Source: the human T2T-CHM13v2.0 reference genome, Homo sapiens. From it: a DNA stretch of 64,000 bases. The position numbers and the translations under genes were made by a program. Every line of letters begins with the position of its first letter. The stretch's first letter is position 1. Under the pieces are notes generated by a model that ran no database searches, was not told the DNA's origin, and saw only the letters and a program-made list of their open reading frames with translations. This document shows positions 54,873 to 64,000 of this stretch, piece by piece. Where the stretch lies: assembly GCF_009914755.1 (NCBI RefSeq), contig NC_060935.1, one strand, 5' to 3'.

Positions 54873-56744
54873 CCCACAAATTATATGTCATGAATGTAGG
54901 TGGAACTATTATGCAACTATATTTCACTCAATTCATGGTAAGAAGAGGCTAGGAAAAGGAGACACAAATTTGTTTAAGTGCTAATCTAAGAAAAATTGTT
55001 GGATGTCCAAGCAAATATGTCAATAGAAAATGCTCTTACATCAATATGAGATTTCAAAATCACCATAAGTTCATCAATCCTAAATGCTGACTTGTTAAAA
55101 CTTAAACACTAGCTGTTCAGTAAGTGTTATGTTTTTATAGGCCAAACATCACCCTTAAGAATTTTAATAAAGCAACTTTTCATTTGTCAGGTATTTGTCA
55201 TTTAATTTCATGAGTTCTTTTTTCCCTTGCCCTTTAGATTTTACTAGTCAGCAAGCCTTTGGGAAAATTCTCAGATTACACCTTTCTTTTTACTATTTCC
55301 AGAAAAACCACCCTAGGCTAGACTTCAAACTCCTAATCCACAATTACTATAATTGCTTTTTAAATGGTCTTTCCAACTACCTCTTCTCACCAATCTATCT
55401 CATCTATAATCTAATCCTTCTATTTTATTACACCATTCTTTCTATAGAGCACTGACCACAGACTCCTGATCACATTTATTTTATTCTTGTATATCTTATT
55501 TTTCTACTAAATGGTAACATCATAGTAGACACTATACTCAGTGTCTTTTTCATAGTTCTCAGTCCTGTCTTCTCATAAGAAACATCTGGAGAGCTTTTTT
55601 AAAATACTGATGCCTCTAGCCAACTCCTGAAGATTCTGATTCAACTACTATGGGTGATGCATAGGCATCCATATCTTTTGAAATGTCAACCCACCATCAC
55701 TCATCAATGCTGAAGATACAATAGTGAACAAGCAGACAGTATAAATCTTATGCTTCAGTCCCTTCACAGCTTTAAGCAATGCCCTGGGTATGTGTGCACT
55801 CATAGGCACACACATGCATGCACAAACACACCTACAAACAACCTCTCCCTAATACAATGTACTCATCTTTTGAGTTTGAAGTCAAGTCCCACCTCCTTTG
55901 TGAATCATGCTTTGATGACAACCATCAACACTGGTTTCCTTTTCTTCTAACCCCATTTGATGTACCCACTCTCTACCCCCTCAATCTCTTTAAACTCCTT
56001 TGATTGTTATTTATTTATTTTTTGGATCACACAATTAGCACCTCACTATATGTTGTCAAGCTGTTCAACTGTAAAACAAGCACAATAGCCTAGCTGACCT
56101 CAAAATTTCCTACCTTTGACTCCAACAATCCATAAATTTATGATTTGTCTGTACTGACCAATTTAGCACTCAATATAGATGATGTTTTCCAATAATTATT
56201 TGATATTTGTATATTTTCTGTGGCCAAGTAAAGTACAGGCCCGTTAAAGACAAGGAACATGGTTTTCTAGCTCTCTGGTATATTCCTGCCCTTAGCATAA
56301 TGCTTGATGCTTAAACATACATTTACTGATATGTTAAACCAAATGAGGCAGTATAAAAAAATGGGGACAAGTCGGAGAAAATCCTTTGAGGAAGCAGTTT
56401 TCTACAAACTAGGAGAGAGGGTTTTTAAGAAAGACTGACGGGGTTAGTTGCGCTGCTTCTTCACTTTACCAGCTATGCAGCACTATAACTTAGTGGAATC
56501 TCTTCGTATCACTATGCCTCAGTTTTCTCACTTGTGAGACAGAAATAATAATAGTACCTACTCAGATTGTTGTAAGGAGTAAATGTGAGTGTGTGTGTGT
56601 GTGAATTAACACACTGCCTGTTATATAATCAGCATTTAATAAACATTAATTATGCAATTTATTATTTTATTTTATTAGGTTAATTAATTGTTGATTAGAC
56701 AAAGGCAATAAAATAAGATTGAGTATTAAAAGAAGACTAAAATG

Positions 56745-57170
56745 GCACACTATTTATAACAGCAAAGAGATGGAACCAACCTAAATTCCCATCAATGATA
56801 GATTGGATAAAGAAAACCTGGTACATATACACCGTGGAACACTAGGCAGCCATAAAAAGGAATGAGATTATGTCCTTTGCAGAGACATGGATGAAGCTGG
56901 AAGCCATCATTGTCAGCAAACTAACACAGGAACAGAAAACCAAACACCACATGTTCTCACTCATAAGAGGGAGTTGAACAATGACAACACATGGACACAG
57001 AGAGGGGAACAACATACACTGGGGCCTGTTGTGGGGTGGGGGACAAGGAGAGCAAACCTGATGATGAGTTAATAGGTGCAGCAAACTACCATGGCACATG
57101 TATACCTATGTAACAAACCTGCACATTCTGTATGTATACCACTGAACATAAAGTAAAATTTAAAAAGTAA
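56745..57170 (+). mobile_element. 5'-truncated L1PA (L1PA8/8A-like) 3' end
   Basis: ORF2 C-terminus and 3'UTR (ORF 56887..57072), A-rich tail. Confidence 0.88.
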
Positions 57171-57419
57171 GAATAAAATAAGTTTTATGACTGTGGGGAA
57201 ACTGGGGATATAGATTCAGATTAGTTTAATAAGTAAATGAATATAAAGGTATAAAGTGGCAGTTCAAATAAAATGAACACTTAGTCAGAACAAGGCTCTT
57301 TCCTCAGGTTCTATGACCTGAAAGGCAGACAGAGAACTAGGCCAGACAACGACTCATACATGCTACCTCTTTGTCCTCATTTCCCTCTTTGCCATTACCT
57401 ACACAAAAAGGGCAGTTGA

Positions 57420-58010
57420 GTTGTTCATTCATTCATTCAACAAATATTTATTATTATTTGCAAGACACTGTACTAGATGCTGAGAGAATTATGAATTCTG
57501 CCCTCATGAGTTTGTGGTATAGTTAGGGAGATAAAGCATGCATATAAACACAAGGCAGAAAGTAGTACTTGTCATAAGAGAAATGTACACAAATCACTGC
57601 AAAAGTTTATAGGAAGAAGAAATAAGAAAGAACTTCAGGGAAAAGGATGCAACCAACCTAGGTCTTGGAGAGACAAAGATTTTGGGGGTAAGGAGCATTC
57701 TTGCTTTTTCTGAGGCAGAAGCAGCATAAGCTAAGGCTCAAAGAAGGAAAATGTGGGATGCATGTGGCTGAGTTTCTGTTTGTGGCACAGGGTGAGTGAA
57801 TGGGAGTGGTGAGAGACTGTTGTGAGGCTGCATGATGGGGTCCACAGATGCCAATTTGTAAGGAAAAAAGTGACATATTATTCAAAATTTTAGATGTATG
57901 CTTTAGAAAGTAGAATGCACTAAGTTTGGCTACAGATAAGGGAAACTGGGGCACCATCTAGGAGCTACTGCAGTAGTCCAGATGAAAGGTACCAAAGGCC
58001 TAGCTTAGCT
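57420..58010 (-). mobile_element. L2 fragment
   Basis: ttcattcattcattcaacaaatatttatt...ggagctactgcagtagtccagatgaaag. Confidence 0.65.
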
Positions 58011-58608
58011 GAGCTAGGACAGGTTCTTCATCACACATGGTGTATGCTGATGTCATTCTGGACCATCCACCCACTCTTCTTGGGTCCAAGTCAGTAGACC
58101 GAAAAAAAGTTGCCTTTTGGGTCATTTCCAGTTTCTTCTTTCCTCAAAGCTATAAATCCCAAAACTAGATCTGCTGGTTCTATTTCTTTTTAAAGAGTTC
58201 ATATCAATGCTAAAGACTTGGTAGGGGTGAGAGAGAAGTATGGAATAGGTAATAATGACCAAATTCATTATTGTTTCAAAATTTAGTTAGAACCTCTTGA
58301 GGCTTCTGTTTTCCAACCCTTTTGTCAAAACCTACATCTTATTTTTAAAAGAATATTGATATTCCTCAAATAAAACATCTTAGATTTTGTTCACTTGGAG
58401 ATAAGAACAAAAACAGATTTACCTTTCACACTATGTAATCTGATGTTTCATCTAGCTACCTCAATCATAGCATAGTACTACATACTGTAAAAGCAAATGG
58501 TCCTCAGCATCAAAGATGTCTGTTGCCTACTATAGGTTTACTCTTTAGGCACAAGAGGCTATTGGGATCAATATCTGGGCTTAGCTAAGACAGGATAGGA
58601 AGATCAGC

Positions 58609-59005
<397 letters not shown>

Positions 59006-59014
59006 TCACTGGAA

Positions 59015-59236
59015 CAGGAGAAGCTAGACATTTTCTTTAAAGGGCCAGATAACAAGTGTTTTCAATTTTTCTGGCCATACAATTTCTGTTGCAACTACTC
59101 AATTCTGGTGTTGTAACACAAAGTCAGCCATAAACAACATGAAAAAAAAAATGTGGCTGTGTTTCTTCAAAAGTTTATTTACAAAAACAGGCTACAGGCT
59201 GGATTTGGCCCATGTGCTGCAATTTGCCAATCCTTG
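59015..59236 (+). mobile_element. MER58A
   Basis: aaagggccagata...cagccataaac...ggatttggccc. Confidence 0.75.
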
Positions 59237-60273
59237 AATTTTAACAACTAAGATTTATTTCTCTCAACCTACATGTCTATTATAGGTTGACTGGATACAC
59301 CATATCTCTTCACTCACTCAAAGACCCAAACTGATGGAGAAGTAAACATCCCTACCAGTCACAGTGGCAGAAGGAAAGAAAGCTTTGAAGTGTCTTCAAC
59401 TGGAAATCAAATTCTCCATCCTAGAAGAGACGATCATTATTTCCTTAATGATTAATTATTTACAACTTGTGGACCCGGAGTCATTATATGACCTACCCCA
59501 ATCACCAGGGACTTTGTAGTATAATTTTACAACATCTGGAATGCAGACAGCCTAATATATTGGCAAAGAGAATCAGTAACTACTTGATCAAGCTTAAATT
59601 AAAGGTTGTTTTAGGAAAAGTTTTCTTTCATTCAAACAAGTTTCATGTGTATAGTACTGACAAATTGTAGCTCATCAAGGTAAGCTTATAGACATTTCAA
59701 CTGATCTAATAATCATTCTAGATAGATATGGTTGAAAGACTCATGATCTCTCAAAGGAGTTATTCTTCTGTGAGAAATTCATTTGGCATATTTTACTTTA
59801 TATAATACATTAAGAAAGGGAAATTGATAGAAGAGAAAACAAGTGATTGAATGAAAAAACTGATGGTCAGAGTGACAGATTTCCATTATGTTACAGGTAT
59901 AAAATAGCTTAGATATGCCTATACACAATTTAATTATCAATCTGTATTATGCTTAATTATAATTTTAAAAATTATATATTTCCCTATAATCTAAACTTCA
60001 GATCCAAGATGATACCTTCTAATATCTATCAACCAGATTTTTTCTTTCTTAATATATTTTGAAAAAAATAATTATCAGATTTAGTCTAAGAATTCTAAGA
60101 TTATTTTAATATAAGCATAGACACTAGGGGTCATATATTAATTTTTAAGAGAATGAGAGACATTTCTGAAAAAGCCATTTATTTTGTAATTGATGAGATT
60201 AAGTTGAAAATATTTTCCATCTCTATTATTGTCTATTTACTGACATCAATATAATGAAATCTATAAATTAGTA

Positions 60274-60700
60274 CAGTTGAGCCTCAAACAACATGGAGGC
60301 CAGGGGTACCAACACCCCATGCAGTCAAAAATCCTCATATAACCTTTTACTCCTCTAAAATTTAGTAACAGCCTACTCTTGACCAGAAGCCTTACCAATA
60401 ATATAAACAGTCAATTAACTCATATTTTTAGTGTTTTATGTATTACATACTGTATTCTTACAATAACATAAGCTAGAGAAAAGAAAATTATATTAAGAAA
60501 ATCATAAGAAGGAGAAAATATGTTTACTATTTATTCAGTGGAAGTGGATCATCATAAAGATCTTCATCCTCATCTTCCTCTTTAGCAAGCTGAGGAGGAG
60601 GACAAGAGGTTCATCTTGTTAATTTAGGAATGGAGAGACAGAAGAAAATCTGCACATAAGTGAACTCATGCAGTTCAAACCCATGTTCAAGGATCGACTG
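60274..60700 (-). mobile_element. Tigger2a-like Tc1/mariner transposon, complete
   Basis: TIRs cagttgagcctcaaaca / tgttcaaggatcgactg flanked by TA TSDs (60272-3, 60701-2). Confidence 0.85.
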
Positions 60701-61535
60701 TAGTTATAAGAAGGACTCTCCTAGTTACATACTCTAAGAACAAAAGTGATAAAATTCCAAAGAAATGATGCACATATAAATAGATTCATAGACTCATAAG
60801 AGCTGAAAGAGACCTTAGAAGGAATCAATACAACTACTACATCACTCAGTTCTCAAAGAGAAAAACAGATGACCACGAGGATTATGTATCAATGCCTGAA
60901 GGATAGAGGCTGGTTTACTTTGAAAGTTACATTGATATTACAACATAATTTTAAATGTATAAAAATATTTTTGTTTTAAAATGAAAATCAAAGAAAGTAA
61001 ATTTACTCTGATAAGATACAAAGATAAGAAAGTGACGAAGAATTTGGTGTATACCAACAATTAATTCAGTGTATGACATTACATCACCCGAGACTCATTC
61101 ACACTGGCATGGTACAATTACGGATATTATTTACATTGCATTTATAAAATAAGAGTTTCACATTTTAAGATGAAAATATAAAAATGAAAGCAGATTTTTT
61201 TTCTTACTGCAATGCAATATCCAAAAAGGAATTTTAAGTTCTCCAACACTTATTTCAGTAACATCCTCCATTTCACTGAATTAAAGCAATTTTATCTCTG
61301 GATTGTATAAATTAGAGAGTTTCCAATTTCACCCTCAGGCACCATTTCAATTGGAGAATGATAGACCACTAAAGTAGATGGATAAAAGTAAACAAAAATT
61401 TAGGTTACAGGAAACAGGCTTGACTAGATATCTGGAATAGCCTCACTTCTCAACAACTGCCATTAACCTTGTTCAAAATATGAAATTACTACAATCAATT
61501 CTAAGAGATTTCCCCATGTTCCTCTTCACACACTT

Positions 61536-61537
61536 AC

Positions 61538-61572
<35 letters not shown>

Positions 61573-61573
61573 C
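61536..61573. repeat. (CA)n microsatellite
   Basis: Read directly from the sequence. Confidence 0.9.
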
Positions 61574-61696
61574 CCCCACATCTTTTTAGACATCTTTTTT
61601 GGGTGACAACCCAAAAAAGAAAATTTGGCCAGGTTTTCATCAAGTTAGAATGTGCATATTCTATAAAGGATCTCATTCATGTGCTGTCTGTCTAAA

Positions 61697-63120
61697 TGAT
61701 GAGAGTGGCGGCCTGTCTAGGGCAGCTGCTGCCATGATGCTAGCTGCAGTGGGGGAGGTTTGGCTGGGGTTGCCCACTCCAAAGAGCTGGTGGGAGCCAG
61801 GAACAGGTGGAAGCCCTACACCCTTCTGAGTTTTCAGGGCAGGAGTCTTGCACTTCCCCAACGCGGGTGCAGCCACCCAGCTGCAGCTGCAGACCCAGGC
61901 ATCCCTGTGCTCTTGGGAGCCAGGAGCAGAAAGGAGCCCCACCCTCCCAGGTGCAACTGCAGCCGCCCAGCTGCAGCTGCAGACCCAGGCATCTCTGCAC
62001 TGTCAGAGGCCTGGGAAGGCCCTACCAAGCCCCTGCAGGCTTGGAGTTGCCTACTCCCACTGCCTGTCCTCTCCCAGTTCCAATCTCAGAGCAGAGTTGA
62101 GGCTGAGCCCAGGCATTGTCGCAACCTGGCTGGGTGTGCACATGCTCAGAGCAATGCTGACATGCCAGCCCCCTGCCACCTTGGGCCCCTCTGGACTTTG
62201 GGCACCAACCAGCACAAGATGGAGGCCAAGGGGGGTGCTGAGGGCAGCTCGGTGCTGGCCGGCAGGCACCCCTCAGCATGAACAGTATGGGAACCATGAA
62301 CAGTGGCAGGAGGCAGACGGGCTTCTGAGTGGAAAGGGATGGGTCTCTCGTGAAGCCCCACCTTCAGACTCAGGGAAAACCTGAAGCCTGGGGGCAAGGG
62401 TGCCAGGCCCATGGACTGGAGTGGAAACTTGTGATGCTTTTCCAGGCTTGCCCATAGCTGCCCATGGATGAATCAGCATGTACTTCCTCCCCTCTGAAGC
62501 CCATTAAAAACCTAGGACTCAGCCAGACTTGAGAAGACACTGGGACAACCAGCTGTGGAGAGGAGCTACCCACTCCAGGGTCTCCTCTCTGCTGAGAGCT
62601 GAACACTCATCAGGACACCCTGGCTGTGGAGAGGAGCTACCACTGCAAGTCTCCTCTAAGCTGTTCTGTTGGCCAATAAAGCTCCTCTTCGTCTTGCTCA
62701 CCCTCAACTTGTTCATTTACCTCATCCTTCCTGGACACAGTTCAGGAACTTGGACCTGCCAAATGGCAGGGCTAAAAGAAATGTAACACAAACAGGGCTG
62801 AAACATGCCACTTGCTCACCAAATTGCAGTCGACAAGAAGGAAAGATAAAAGGAGAGAAGAGCTGAGGCCCTTCAAGGAGCCCAGACCTAGGAGCTTCCT
62901 GAACCAAGGTTGTGACACCCTCTTTGAGGCACAGTGGTGTCTGGCATCTCCGAGCTTCCGGATGCCACTGCATTTCCCAGTGCCAGCCATGGGAGCTTCT
63001 TGCAGGATGCCTGGTTCAGCCACAGACTCACAGGAAGCTGGCACCTGTGCCAGGGCCTGGAGCCACCCACCCAGCCACAACCAGTGTTCCTGGCTGTGCA
63101 CAGTGGCCAGACCCCACACA
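61697..63120 (+). mobile_element. MER52-family ERV1 LTR, 3'-truncated
   Basis: TGATG start; GC-rich with internal repeats (cccagctgcagctgcagacccaggcatc x2; ctgtggagaggagctac x2); ccAATAAAgctcctcttcgtcttgctcaccctc. Confidence 0.8.
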
Positions 63121-64000
63121 ACCATAACCCTGATGGCTCAAAGCCTAGGCCAGATGAAAGGACCAAGACCCTAGCATCTGAACCCATGTGGCACACCATT
63201 CTCCCAAGGAACAGGGGGACCTGTATAACAGGGCAGCTGCTAAAGCTGGCTGGTTGCCTCACCCACACACACACCCACTACACAGCTGGCCAGTGCACCA
63301 AGCATACATGTGTTCGTACTCGACCCAACAGTCAGTCCTTGAAGCAACCTTGTTTTTGTGGAAAGACCACCACAGGGCTGCTCAGCCAGCCACACTCATG
63401 CACACCTGTGTCCAGCCAATGGCCATCTCAACAGGAACCATCACTTCCCCAGAGAGCCCTCCAGACATCCTATCAACCTCCATGCCCACATGTGTGCAGC
63501 TTGACAATCAGTTGAGCACCTCTGCCTTTAGCAAAACTGTGCCACTGCCATTACAAACTCTCACAGGCTAGGCCACTAAAGCAATCACAGATATTGTTGA
63601 CAAGGATTGCAACTGAAGAAACTGCATGGAGACCATGCTACTGAGTCTACTCAGAACCGAAGTTAATGCACCCTACCCAACAGACACCTATCTACAGGAA
63701 AAAGTCTCTCCTTACAAAGGTACATCATAAAATTTGAAAAGACAACTATCCCACTAGATGCACAGATATCAATGTAGGGACACAAGAAACATGAAAAAGC
63801 AAGGAAATGTGATATCCCCAAAAGAATGTAATCAGTCTTCAATGACAGATCACAAAGAAAACGACTTTTACAGAATGCCTAAAAAGAAAATCTAAATAAT
63901 GATCTTAAGGAAACTGAGCAAGATACAGCAGAAAACAAACAATTCAATAACATTACAAAACAATTTATGATCTGGGTGAGAAATTCAAAAAATAGATAGA
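63121..64000 (+). mobile_element. Old L1 (L1M/L1MA-type) 5'UTR and decayed ORF1 start, running off the window
   Basis: ATG at 63791 gives MKKQGNVISPKECNQSSMTDHKENDFYRMPKKKI*, similar to the L1M ORF1 N-terminus. Confidence 0.75.

Noticed and set aside
61599-63571. Dense cluster of overlapping ORFs up to 193 aa
   Set aside because: They lie in GC-rich MER52 LTR and L1 5'UTR sequence where stops are scarce. They occur on both strands in many frames and resemble no protein I recognise.

Overview
AT-rich, repeat-dense primate (human or close ape) genomic DNA from inside a large minus-strand gene. Two in-frame coding exons (25474-25566, 93 nt; 15564-15734, 171 nt) splice to LNLVMNEQKEKITEKVILSMTAKEHHKEQEE-VSRLIDELQTAIKSNIGHLCKLGPQLQAEQEQFSSYVYQHIKSLPANTLVPGGLQLK. 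From memory, this is the middle of DCDC1 (doublecortin domain-containing 1, 11p13, near PAX6). Everything else is intron: Alus, L1, L2 and MIR fragments, LTRs (LTR12, MER52, MST, MLT) and many DNA transposons. Repeat subfamily names are from memory of consensus sequences, not from a search. Most notable observations: (1) a fossil ~4.2 kb inversion flanked by a ~255 bp inverted duplication, with one Alu-Alu junction and one microhomology junction (31753-36496); (2) the 171-nt exon starts with CAG|GTGAGC, a recursive-splice-site (RS-exon) layout; (3) a perfect 28-bp fold-back hairpin inside a MER58A; (4) a twin-primed L1; (5) a solo LTR12 promoter antisense to the gene. The other listed ORFs are repeat-derived or chance.
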